From an uncultured Planctomycetota bacterium (GTDB lineage Bacteria; Planctomycetota; Planctomycetia; Isosphaerales; Isosphaeraceae), in the NCBI GenBank assembly GCA_963845755.1, contig CAWJTV010000011.1:1184001-1248000 (forward strand): a stretch of 64,000 nucleotides of DNA, read 5' to 3'. This document shows, piece after piece, positions 23,731 to 35,356 of this stretch. How positions within the stretch are numbered: position 1 is the stretch's first letter; every line of letters starts with the position of its first letter. The position numbers and the translations under genes were made by a program. The notes beneath the pieces were generated by a model that made no database searches, was not told the origin of the DNA, and saw nothing but the letters and a program-made list of their open reading frames with translations.

Positions 23731-24188
23731 CGCCCTGCCTCCGTGCATGCCATTGTGCTGGTCAGCCGTGACACACCGACAGGTTCCGGCATCGCCGTCA
23801 TAAACTCCCGCCGGAATTCCACCAAGACGCATTTCACTGGTTTTCCCGAGGATACCGACCCGACGCGCCGGCGAGATCCGCTGTAAGTCCTTGGAGCAAA
23901 ACGGAAAAACCATCGCTTGCGGTCGGGCTGGTATCCCGGGGTTGGCCACGAAGAGGCTTCCGTGCTGGCGAGATGCTGATCGAGGTGTTTGGAAGACCTT
24001 ACGTGTCCAGCATCTGATACGACGGTCGTTCGGGGAATGGTTTCGAAAAATGTCCCCGCGAAGAGTCCTGGACGATGATCGCAAGGATCGAGGTCGTGAG
24101 CATTCCGCGGTTTGTGGGGACAACCGAGCCTGATTTCACCCACCCGACAAGTCCTCGATGTAACGTCCCGTGAATTCGTTCGCTGTCG

Positions 24189-25052
24189 TCACCTCGATCG
24201 TTTTCGGCAGCCGGCCGTCAACACGGTGACTCCGGTAACCAGGATCACCAAGCTGGAGGGCTCAGGAACGGTCTGGCCGGAAAGCGAGAACGCGGCGTTG
24301 AACTGCGGGGGCGTCGTTCCTCCGACGATGTCGGTCCCGACCCGAAGCCAGTCCGGGGCCAAGTCTTCATTGCGAATCCAGGTCTGGAGGTCGGGCGAAA
24401 ATGGCGTCCCCGGCGGCGACCCACCGGCGTCGATGGGCTTGGGCGCCGAGAGCCAGAAGAAATCACCGTTCGTCAACTGGACCTGGGGGACGAAGAAGTA
24501 GTGGTCGGCGGCCAGCAAGAACGGCGTCGAGAAATCGACGCTGAACTTGACCTCTTGCCCCGTGACGGAGCCGTCGCCTCCGGTCGTCTGGCCCGGGAAC
24601 GGGTGGATGCCGTTGAGAACCGAGTTGGCGGCGGTAAAGGAGGTGTTGGCGATCGACGTTGTGAACGTGAGACTATTCGCGGACGCGCTCCGGTCGGCGA
24701 ATTCGACGTCCGAGGGCGAGTTGATCCGCGACGGCACATTGCCCGACGGGGGAAAGCTGGAATCCTTGGGGAACACCCGATAGATCTCGATACGGACGTC
24801 CATGATGTCCGAGCCCGAGGCGCCCGTGGGAATGAGCCCCGTGAAGGTGGCGCCGGTGAGCCTCGTCGTAGACGTCAGGGGGAAATCGTCAGCCGACTCA
24901 ATCTCGATCTTGCCGGCCGCATCTGGCCGCGAGGCCATCGCCATCTTCCCGTCCGGGTCGTTCGTGGTAAAGACGAAAGAGTCGGCCGAGGCGGGATTGG
25001 TCAGCAAGGCCGCGACGGCCGCCAGGACGGCCATCCGCAGAAATGCTTTCAT
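24189..25052 (-). CDS. PEP-CTERM sorting domain protein
   Basis: Signal peptide; ESADDF; C-terminal VPEPSSLVIL..., TM helix, RKRSR. Confidence 0.9.
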   Translation of the reverse strand: MKAFLRMAVLAAVAALLTNPASADSFVFTTNDPDGKMAMASRPDAAGKIEIESADDFPLTSTTRLTGATFTGLIPTGASGSDIMDVRIEIYRVFPKDSSFPPSGNVPSRINSPSDVEFADRSASANSLTFTTSIANTSFTAANSVLNGIHPFPGQTTGGDGSVTGQEVKFSVDFSTPFLLAADHYFFVPQVQLTNGDFFWLSAPKPIDAGGSPPGTPFSPDLQTWIRNEDLAPDWLRVGTDIVGGTTPPQFNAAFSLSGQTVPEPSSLVILVTGVTVLTAGCRKRSR

Positions 25053-25513
25053 GATGTGTCTCCTTGTTGTAAGGAATCACTCGTTCGAACGGAGGTACTC
25101 TCGAGGTTTTCGATCCTTGCGACGATGCCTCTACGAAGGCGAGTCTCAGGTTTTTTCGCATCGCCATTCGTCAAAGCCTCGCACGACGAGGCCTTGACCA
25201 GGTGCCGGGCGCCGCGGTCCATGACACCATTGCCCGAGGTTGCGCAGGCGATGTGAGGCGAGTGCATACCGTCCTCGGTATGCCCCTTCATTTCGCATTC
25301 ATCGACTCGGGTTGTCCCGTATTGTCACTGCAGAGTCGGACGACCCCGGAGTGCCACCGACTCACGGTGATCACCATCGGTCGTCGGACCGGATATGAAA
25401 TCGCCGAGCACCCTGAAGAGATCGCAATTCGACGCCCCGACCAGACACGAAATCGCGAATCTCCCTGAAACCTCGATGATGCGAGAGGTCATGTGGAGGT
25501 GGTCCACCTCTTA

Positions 25514-26451
25514 GAGCGCCTAAATGAACCCAGCCAATCGGTGTACTCTAAGTTACCCCGTACCGCTCAAGGAACCGGAACGTGATGAGGATCTGGGCCA
25601 GATTGCTGAGCCCTTGGTGGATGTCACCGCGACGATCATAACGCACACGCAGGCGGCGAAACTGGTGAAACCAACTGAGGGTTCGCTCAACCACCCAGCG
25701 ATACACACCCAGGCCACTCCCGTGGGGCGTCCGCCGCTTGGCCAACTCCGGGTCGATCCCCCGGTCGCGCAACTCCTGCCGTTGCTCTTCGTCGTCAAAA
25801 CCCCGGTCGCCCATCGCATGGTCCGGTCGTTGGCGGGGGTGGCCCGGCTGGCCGGCGATGGGGGGAACGGCATCCACCAACGGCACGGTCAAGTTGGCAT
25901 CCGGCGTGTTCGCCGGGATCGTATCGGTGACCAAGGGCACGCCTTGGCCGTCGGTGACGATGGCGTGTTTGCTCCCCAATTTCGAGCGATCGACGGGGCT
26001 GGGGCCGGTTTCTTCACCCCCACCCACGGCGCGGACGTGACCCGTGTCCACGATGAACCGCTCGAAGTCGATCCCGTCGGCCTGACGGAGGTGGGCCAAC
26101 AAGATCGGGTGGATCTGGTCCCAGATGCCGGCGGCCTGCCAGTCGCGCAAGCGATTCCAACCGGTCATGCCGCAGCCACAGCCCATCTCCTGGGGCAAGT
26201 CCTCCCAAGGCAGGCCGGTCTTGAGGATGAAGATGATCCCGGTGAGGACTTTGCGATCGTCCAGCGGGGGACGTCCGCCTTTGGGCCCAGGGGGATGAGG
26301 CGGGATCAGGGGTTGGATCAAGTCCCAGAGTTTGTCCGGGAGCAAAGGCTTGGCCATGATGAGACCCTTTCCGACAGGCCAAAGGGGTAGTGGACTCCTC
26401 TCAAGATTGAGAGCAATTGACGGGCCGATTACTGGGTTTTTTTAGGGTCTC
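25514..26451 (-). mobile_element. IS5-family insertion sequence
   Basis: Imperfect TIRs GAGCGCCTAAATGAACCCAG / CTGGGTTTTTTTAGGGTCTC, flanked by TA on both sides; single transposase ORF inside. Confidence 0.88.
25548..26357 (-). CDS. IS5-family DDE transposase
   Basis: LWDLIQPLIP, GGRPP.DDRKVL.GI.FILKTG.PW.DLP, DTGHV, GDRGFD, RWVVERTLSWFHQFRRL. Confidence 0.95.
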   Translation of the reverse strand: MAKPLLPDKLWDLIQPLIPPHPPGPKGGRPPLDDRKVLTGIIFILKTGLPWEDLPQEMGCGCGMTGWNRLRDWQAAGIWDQIHPILLAHLRQADGIDFERFIVDTGHVRAVGGGEETGPSPVDRSKLGSKHAIVTDGQGVPLVTDTIPANTPDANLTVPLVDAVPPIAGQPGHPRQRPDHAMGDRGFDDEEQRQELRDRGIDPELAKRRTPHGSGLGVYRWVVERTLSWFHQFRRLRVRYDRRGDIHQGLSNLAQILITFRFLERYGVT

Positions 26452-26454
26452 TAA

Positions 26455-26574
26455 GAGTCTGTCCCAGACGGGCGAGCGGGGGGCGTCAGCCCCCTGTCCG
26501 GTGAGCGACGGACCTCCAAGACAGGGGGCTGACGCCCCCCGCTCGCCCGGACCGGCCCCTTCTGGGACAGACTC
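26455..26574. mobile_element. 120-bp nested palindromic MITE-like element
   Basis: 14-bp perfect terminal IR GAGTCTGTCCCAGA / TCTGGGACAGACTC; internal ~29-bp perfect IR 26470-26498 / 26520-26548. Confidence 0.75.
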
Positions 26575-26690
26575 GTAATCCTGCCTGTCTCAGAAGGCCG
26601 GCCGCGGCGTGGGCGCGACGGGTCGGGCGGCGGGAAGAGACCCAATGGCGACCCTGTTGACAGTCGGCGTATCCGTGACTCTCGCGAGCA

Positions 26691-28304
26691 TCAACTCCGC
26701 TGCGGGTCCTCCCCCAGGATTTCCGTTGCGGCGTTGCGGCCGTTGATCGCGATGACGCTCCCTCCCGGATGGGTACAGGCCCCGCAGAGGAAGACGCCGG
26801 GCATGGGCGTCCGCGGTTGAAGCCGTTGGTCCCACATGTAAGGAGGCAGGCATTCGCCCTGAAAGATGTGGCCGCCGGATAGTCCGACCTCGCGCTCGAT
26901 GTCGGGAGGGCCGAGGACCTGCACGTCGATGACGGCGCGGGGCAGGTTGTCGCAGAATCGGGCGATCGAACGCAGGGCCAGGTCCTTGACCTCCTCGCGG
27001 CGGCCCTCCCAATCGCCGCGGGCGAACGTATGCGGCACGTACTGGGCGAACACGCTCATGCTGTGCGCGCCCTCCGGCGCGACGCTCGGGTCGTGGGCCG
27101 TGTGGAAATAGAGTTCGCTCCAGAGCCGATCCGGCAATTCGCCGGCCCGTGCCGCCCGATAGCCGGCCCGCCATTCCTCCTTGCTCAGCGGTGTATTGAT
27201 CTGACCCAGGTGATGGGGCATCCGCGTGCCCGGTCGCGCGGTAAAGCTGGGCAGCTCACGCAGGGCGATGTTCACCTTGACCGTGCATCCCACCTGGGGG
27301 ACCGCCTCGACGCGGGCGCGCCAGGCGGGGTCGGCGGCTTCGCCCAGGAGCCGGAGGGTCGTGCGTGGATCGGCGTTGGAGACCACGCACGGTGCCTCGA
27401 TCCGCTCGCCCCCCTCCAGCTCGACGCCCTTTCCCGGCACGATCCGGGCCACAGGCGTCCCGGTGAGCACGACCGCGCCGGCGTCCCGGGCGATGTCGCA
27501 GAGGATGAACGAGACCATCCCCATCCCGCCTTCGACGTAGCCCCAGGTCCCCGGCACGCCCCCGAGTCGGCCCGATTGATGATGGAAATGGATCGACGCG
27601 GTTCCCGGGTCGTGCGGGCTCGCGAACGTGCCGATCACCCCCTGGCCGAGGTAGGCCATCTGGAGCCGTTCGTCTTCGAAGTAATGCTCGACGAACTCGA
27701 CCATGGACCAGTCGAAGAGCACGCGACGCGCCTCGGTGTCGTTGCCCAGCCGACGCTCGATCTCGGCGCGGGAGGGGGCCCGTCCGATCCAGAGATCCTC
27801 GGCGCCGGCCGGGCGTAACGCGTCGCGCAGCCTCCCCTTCACCCCGCTGAACGCACGCCATCCATCCACGTCCCCCGGCGCCAGCCCCCGGATCTCCTCC
27901 TCGCAACGCGCGTCGTCATCCCAGAGCTGGACGCTCGTCCCATCCTCGAACGGTACGAAAAGTCCGGCTTGGGCCGGAGTCCAACGGAACCCGTAATCGA
28001 CCATCTCCAGCTCGTCGATCACCAGCGGGTGGAGCAGCCCGACCAGATAGGCACACGGCGAGATCCTATATCCCGGCCAGGTCTCCCGGAGCGTGCAGGC
28101 ACCCCCCACCTGTTGCCGGGCTTCCAGCACCAGCACCCGCCGGCCCGCCCGCGCCAGGTAGGCCGCGCACGTCAGGCCGTTGTGACCCGCCCCGACGACG
28201 ATCGCATCCCACGAAGCCGCCGTCAACTCCCGCAACCGGGCCGGCGCATCCACGAACCCCAACGTCGCCGTCGCCGATCGATGGCCGCCTCGTGTCGTTA
28301 TCAT
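26691..28304 (-). CDS. Phytoene desaturase-like FAD oxidoreductase
   Basis: DAIVVGAGHNGL..AAYLARAG..VLVLE..VGGA; GYVEGGMG; GGHIFQGE; FLCGACTHPGGSV. Confidence 0.9.
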   Translation of the reverse strand: MITTRGGHRSATATLGFVDAPARLRELTAASWDAIVVGAGHNGLTCAAYLARAGRRVLVLEARQQVGGACTLRETWPGYRISPCAYLVGLLHPLVIDELEMVDYGFRWTPAQAGLFVPFEDGTSVQLWDDDARCEEEIRGLAPGDVDGWRAFSGVKGRLRDALRPAGAEDLWIGRAPSRAEIERRLGNDTEARRVLFDWSMVEFVEHYFEDERLQMAYLGQGVIGTFASPHDPGTASIHFHHQSGRLGGVPGTWGYVEGGMGMVSFILCDIARDAGAVVLTGTPVARIVPGKGVELEGGERIEAPCVVSNADPRTTLRLLGEAADPAWRARVEAVPQVGCTVKVNIALRELPSFTARPGTRMPHHLGQINTPLSKEEWRAGYRAARAGELPDRLWSELYFHTAHDPSVAPEGAHSMSVFAQYVPHTFARGDWEGRREEVKDLALRSIARFCDNLPRAVIDVQVLGPPDIEREVGLSGGHIFQGECLPPYMWDQRLQPRTPMPGVFLCGACTHPGGSVIAINGRNAATEILGEDPQRS

Positions 28305-28547
28305 CGGTATTATCCTCTCATTTTGACCGCGGTATCTGATCAAAAGTATAGATAAAATGGCAAAAAACTGTTCGATTGGCCACGGCCCCCTTGCTGGGAA
28401 CAAACGAACATGGTATTCCAACGAGCAGCAAGGCGCGAAGCTCGGACCGGGCCCGATCCCTCGCGGGCCACCGTCGTGTTGTAAACTGGGAGTGGCGGAT
28501 CGAGCAACGGTCGGGTGGTGGGGCGTGCGCGGGAAAGGCGGCGTGCG

Positions 28548-29596
28548 ATGGCGAGGACCGGGTTGGTGGTCATCAAGCTCTCGGACTTGGTCGACGGCCA
28601 GGAGGCGACGTGCTTCGCGGCCCTGGTGAAGAAGACGCGGGCGTTCACGCGGGCGAACCAGCCCTATACCAAGTGCCTGTTCCGGGACAAGCGCGTCAAG
28701 CTGGAGGCGATGATCTGGGCCGACCATCCGCTGCTGCCGGAATCGGAGACCTGGATCGAAGGAAACCCGTATCGCCTTCAGATCCGCGGCAAGTACGACC
28801 TGCGCTATGGCATGCAGATCGAGCTGTCGGCGATCCGGCCCGCCACGGACAACGATGCACGCGACGGCTTCGACTTCGCCGACCTCTACGAAAGCAGCAA
28901 GTATCCGGCGGATGACCTCTTCAAGAAGGTGACCGACCTGATCCAGCGCAACATCGATCAGCCGGAGTTACGTCGCCTGGTCGAGACGATTCTGCACGAG
29001 CATGAGCCCCTGTTCAAGAAGATGCCCGCGGCCCAGGGCATCCATCATACGTACACGGGCGGGCTGCTCGAGCACGTCTGGAGCATGACCCGCATCGCCA
29101 GCTTCCTGGCGGAGCACTACGCCAAGTATTACGACCAGTTGAATCCCCCCTTCAATCGGGGCGTGGTGATCGCGGCCACGATCCTGCATGACATCGGCAA
29201 GCTGCGCGAACTGGAGTATCACCCGGTCGAGGCCAAATACACCACGGAAGGTTGCCTGATCGGTCACATCCTGATGGGGCGAGACATGATCCGGGAGGCC
29301 GCCGGCAAGATCGACGGCTTTCCGGAAGAGACGCTGATGCTCCTGGAACATGCGATCCTGCGCATCACGGCAAGCGGGAGTTCGGCTCGCCCGTGCTGCC
29401 CCAGACCATGGAAGCCCTGCTCGTCTCGTACATCGATGAGCTGGATGCGAAGATGAATTCGGTGGCCCGTGAGCGCATGGCCAGCCAGACCGCCGACGCC
29501 TTCACCGAACGGATCTTCGCGCTGGAGAACCGCCGGTTCTACAAGGGCATCCCGGAAGCGATGCCCCCCGGCTCCGCGCCACCGCCCTTGATCTAA
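28548..29596 (+). CDS. OB-fold + HD domain 3'-5' exoribonuclease, YhaM/Cbf1-like; frameshift ~29362
   Basis: PAAQGIHHTYTGGLLEH, ILHDIGK, LIGHI, HAILAHHG.REFGSPVLP.T.EA...DELDAKM. Confidence 0.85.
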
Positions 29597-29820
29597 ACTC
29601 GACGTGATGCACGAGTGGGTGGATTGTCTCGTGCCGAGACTTGCTCCCGCGCGGGTTGCGGTGCTGGGCCCCGCTATGCCTCCGGTGCGGGATCCACCGC
29701 CGACTTGGCATGGCCGCTCGATCGGGGTTAGAATTGCGGTCGAATTCCCGTTAGCGGCGCTTTCGTCGGCGCCGTCGCGAGTCCCATCGATTTGGCCCCA
29801 TTCGAGATGAGAAACACCCG

Positions 29821-30330
29821 ATGAAAGCGATCCATCGTATGGCGTTGGCGGCTTTGATGCTCGGTATCACGATTGGTTGTGCGGGCGAGGAGAACGCCGC
29901 CCCACCCGCAAATCCGGCGATGCCGACAGGCGGCGCGAAGCCGGCTCCCCCCGTGCCTCCGGGACCGGCCAAGGAGACACCGTCGAAGGACATGACCCCG
30001 CCGCCTCCCCCCGCGGATACCAAGAAGCCGGCGGCCGACGGGCCGAAGATGGAAGGTCCCAAGACGGGCAAGGCCGAGGCGCCGGCCGCCAAGTTGTCCG
30101 ACGAAGAGTTGGCCGCGATCAAGATGCTTCCCGCCGCGGAACAGGATGTGGCGATCAAGCAGGCCATCTGCCCGGTGAGTCAGCATCACCTCGGCTCGAT
30201 GGAAAAGCCGGTCAAGGTGACCGCCGAAGGCCGGACGTTCTACCTCTGCTGCGATACTTGCCAGGATGACTTGAAGGCTGATCCCAAGGGGATCATCGCC
30301 AAGCTGGACGCCCAGGCCGCCAAGAAGTGA
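29821..30330 (+). CDS. Pro-rich lipoprotein with YHS-like metal-binding domain
   Basis: Lipobox-like TIGC; QAICPVS..HLGSM.KPVKV...FYLCCDTC. Confidence 0.75.
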   Translation: MKAIHRMALAALMLGITIGCAGEENAAPPANPAMPTGGAKPAPPVPPGPAKETPSKDMTPPPPPADTKKPAADGPKMEGPKTGKAEAPAAKLSDEELAAIKMLPAAEQDVAIKQAICPVSQHHLGSMEKPVKVTAEGRTFYLCCDTCQDDLKADPKGIIAKLDAQAAKK

Positions 30331-31040
30331 GCCCTGGCCCCTGGATCGGGCCGTGGGGACCGCCCCGAACATCGGACGGCGCATCGCGTTGTCGGTGTGA
30401 CCATGGTCGTGAGACCGTGGTTCGGATGGGGAACCCCCAACCGCGGCACGTCAGTGCGATCGGGCGGCTCGGGCCGACGTTCGAGTTTGGAGGATGTTGG
30501 TCCCGTCCGAGCCACGCGCTGACCTGCGTGGTCGCGGCGGGCCGCTCCCTGGGGCGGGGATCGTTACGAGTGGCCCGTCCCCTCTGGCATCGATCCACAG
30601 GTCGTTATTTTTTGTGCCTCCCCGCCCCCTGGGGACTGGCGGCGCCGGCACGGCGTCGTTATACTGCTTCCTCAAGCGAGATTGAGTCTTTGAAACCGTG
30701 CGCCGATGTCGCGCGGTTTCCGTCGGCAAGTTCAGGATCGGCGTCTCTCCCGCGCTGATGCAGACGGACCGAGCCCGCCCGCTGGGATCATGAGTGAACG
30801 GACCAACGCCAGGGACGAACCACCCAAGACTTCGCAGCAGGTCGGTGCCGTGTTCCGCTTGCAAGCCACGTTCACTCGATAACGATCCCACCGAATCCGC
30901 ACGCCTGGCGGTCTCTTTCCGGAGCTGAGGTCGGCGCGTTCGGGGGGTCTCGAACGGGTGGACCGGATTTCCGGATCGACCGGCGCCCCTGGCTATATCA
31001 TGCTCGAAACTCATCCTGATCTGTCTGATGGAGGACTGTC

Positions 31041-33227
<2,187 letters not shown>

Positions 33228-33378
33228 GTGTTGTTCGAGGGGCATGCCGGTTCACCACGAGGCCGACCGGCGCGGGTCAATCCGTGCCGGTCGGCCTTGT
33301 CGTGCGCGGGCCGACTGACGATCATGAGGGACGATCGGCCTCCGGAGCTGGCGCACTCTTTTCCACAGGAGCAACGCG

Positions 33379-33726
33379 ATGAACGCGCGACAGACCTGGT
33401 TCGGTTTGACGATCGGTTTCCTCGTCCTGGTCATCCTGACCTGGGGGCTCATGGTGCCGCCGGCCGAGGCCCAGAAGGCCCGCGCCGAGCCGCGATACGA
33501 GTACAAGGTCTCCCCCTTCCGGGTCAGCCCCAACGATCGCCTCGGCGATGATCTCCTCGGCGACGACGCGCGGGCGACACAGTTTGAACGCCTGCTCAAC
33601 GACTACGCGCGCGACGGCTGGGAACCCGTCATCGACCTCTTGAATCGGAGCAAGGTGCAGACCAGCGGCGGCGCTGTCACGACCGCCGACACCGTCGCCT
33701 TCATCGCCTTCCGGCGCTCACGGTAA
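33379..33726 (+). CDS. Small exported protein, DUF4177-like
   Basis: Signal/TM segment; RYEYKV...LLNDYARDGWEPV...FRR. Confidence 0.6.
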   Translation: MNARQTWFGLTIGFLVLVILTWGLMVPPAEAQKARAEPRYEYKVSPFRVSPNDRLGDDLLGDDARATQFERLLNDYARDGWEPVIDLLNRSKVQTSGGAVTTADTVAFIAFRRSR

Positions 33727-33836
33727 GGCGATCGCCAGATGGTTCGCACTCGATCGTCGCGGGTCACGCCGTGCCAGTCGCTGACTCGTCATCTTGTGCG
33801 GACCTGGGCGCGACGATCCGCGGGTTAACCGATGTC

Positions 33837-34077
33837 TCAGTCTCCGTACTCCACAGGACCTTCGACATGCTCGCCCCGCGCGGAGCGACTCGGCCGCGGC
33901 CCGCGCGCGGTCGATGTCCGGGAATTCGAAGGTCAGGCAGACGCCTCCGGACAGACCCTCGGACGGGGCCTCGCGGTAGTCGAGACGCCCTCCAAGATGC
34001 GAGACCCGTTCGGCCAGCGCCGCCTCCCTAGTCGGATCCTCCGGCGGTCGGTAGTAGACTTCGAACATGTAAGTCAT
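33837..34077 (-). CDS. Small hypothetical protein (~80 aa); frameshift ~33878
   Basis: GAGG RBS; one indel gives the plausible ending ESLR..GEHVEGPVEYGD*. Confidence 0.55.
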
Positions 34078-34092
34078 GGTGACCTCGCCGTA

Positions 34093-34413
34093 TCAAGCGC
34101 CAGGACTCGGATCCTTGGGTAGGAAAAAGATATGCCCCCAACTCCCACCCCGGCCCTTCTTGCCCCGCGTCCAATCCGCGTACTTGACATGAGGCAGATC
34201 GTTCCCGACACTCGGCTCCGCCGGATGGACCTGGAACCACTTTCGGATGCCCAAGGGTGGGCCGGCGTAGGGCTGGCCGACGACAGCGCGGGGCAGCTCG
34301 ACGGCATCGGGAAGCGCCGCGCGGACGAGACGCCGAGCCTCATCCTCGGACGCGGCCGTTTCGTCGAACCGCCCGGGTTGGCGGATGCCGTCGATGATAT
34401 CGTCGTCGCTCAC
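34093..34413 (-). CDS. Hypothetical protein, possible toxin-like domain
   Basis: 106-aa ORF with C-terminal PHVKYADWTRGKKGRGGSWGHIFF, in a TA-gene context. Confidence 0.55.
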   Translation of the reverse strand: MSDDDIIDGIRQPGRFDETAASEDEARRLVRAALPDAVELPRAVVGQPYAGPPLGIRKWFQVHPAEPSVGNDLPHVKYADWTRGKKGRGGSWGHIFFLPKDPSPGA

Positions 34414-34436
34414 TCTCTCAGGATCTCAACGTTGGG

Positions 34437-34703
34437 TCACCGACGCAAGCGGATTCCCGGTCCTCGCTGCGCATTCGCAGAGGAGCCCATCATCCGCATC
34501 GACGTCTCCCCGCGCGAGAAGCAGAAATTCCTCGCATCTTCACGGTCAACGGACGGGAACATCCCGAGGAACTCGTCGAGCGAATACCCGTCATCGAGGT
34601 AGTCGAGCAGGGTCTGCACCGGCACGCGGCTCGCGCGGAAGACGAGCGTACCACCCATCACGGATGGGTCAGAGCGCACTGGGCTGCGATGAAGTGTTTC
34701 CAT
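34437..34703 (-). CDS. DUF433 family antitoxin-like protein
   Basis: SDPSVMGGTLVFRASRVPVQTLLDYLDDGYSLDEFLGMFPSV. Confidence 0.85.
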   Translation of the reverse strand: METLHRSPVRSDPSVMGGTLVFRASRVPVQTLLDYLDDGYSLDEFLGMFPSVDREDARNFCFSRGETSMRMMGSSANAQRGPGIRLRR

Positions 34704-34740
34704 AAGTCAAGACTATCGAAGTCGACAGTCACCGGTCAAC

Positions 34741-34977
34741 TCACGACGAAGGCTCATCGCCGGCGCCTTTCTGGTTCGTCGTCCGGTGGGTATGACGGCT
34801 CGGGAATGCCGAGATCGCGACAGATCTTTCGCGCGAAAGGATCGGGGATCTCCGTATGCCGGGCACCGCGGAGCGGCGGTTATTGGCAGGATTGCCCCAC
34901 CAAGAGTGTCGCCTCTCTTCGCGGACCAAGACACACTCGTGCCGCCGGAGATGAGCAAGGAGTTCGTATCGTTTCAC
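34741..34977 (-). CDS. hicA: HicA family toxin; frameshift ~34860
   Basis: MKRYELLAHLRRHECVLVRE..RHSWW.NP; one restored base gives VPRHTEIPDPFARKICRDLGI. Confidence 0.8.
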   Translation of the reverse strand: MKRYELLAHLRRHECVLVREERRHSWWGNPANNRRSAVPGIRRSPILSRERSVAISAFPSRHTHRTTNQKGAGDEPSS

Positions 34978-35186
34978 GACGAGAGACTCACTTCCTCGTA
35001 AGCTCCGCTCGCGGCTGCGCGCGCGTCAGCTCGGTTCATCTCCAGGGCTTCCTCGAGCGCATCGCGGAGGTTCTCCGATAATTCCTCGCGGGTAAGGCCC
35101 TGGGAGTTGACCCCGGGAACTTCTTCGACCCAGCCGATCCACCATTCACCATGCTGCTGGATCACCGCGGAATAGATCGTGGCCAT
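34974..35186 (-). CDS. hicB: HicB family antitoxin (short form)
   Basis: YSAVIQQHGEWWIGWVEEVPGVNSQGLTREELSENLRDAL; 4-bp overlap with hicA. Confidence 0.88.
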   Translation of the reverse strand: MATIYSAVIQQHGEWWIGWVEEVPGVNSQGLTREELSENLRDALEEALEMNRADARAAASGAYEEVSLSS

Positions 35187-35356
35187 GAAGCTCCTCCATC
35201 ATCGTGGAAAGCTACGACAGAACCGCTCGATCATCGCTCCATCTTGGTATCATGGCGTTGGACCCACGGATACGCAATCCGAGAGCTGGGATGAGGCGGT
35301 CGAATGAGCGGGGCACGGCCCCCGCGACGTTCCTGGCCACATCACGGAGAAGATCG

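Noticed and set aside
30989..31005. Sigma-54-like TGGC...TGC upstream of glnN
   Set aside because: GG-to-GC spacing is 9 nt rather than the required 10
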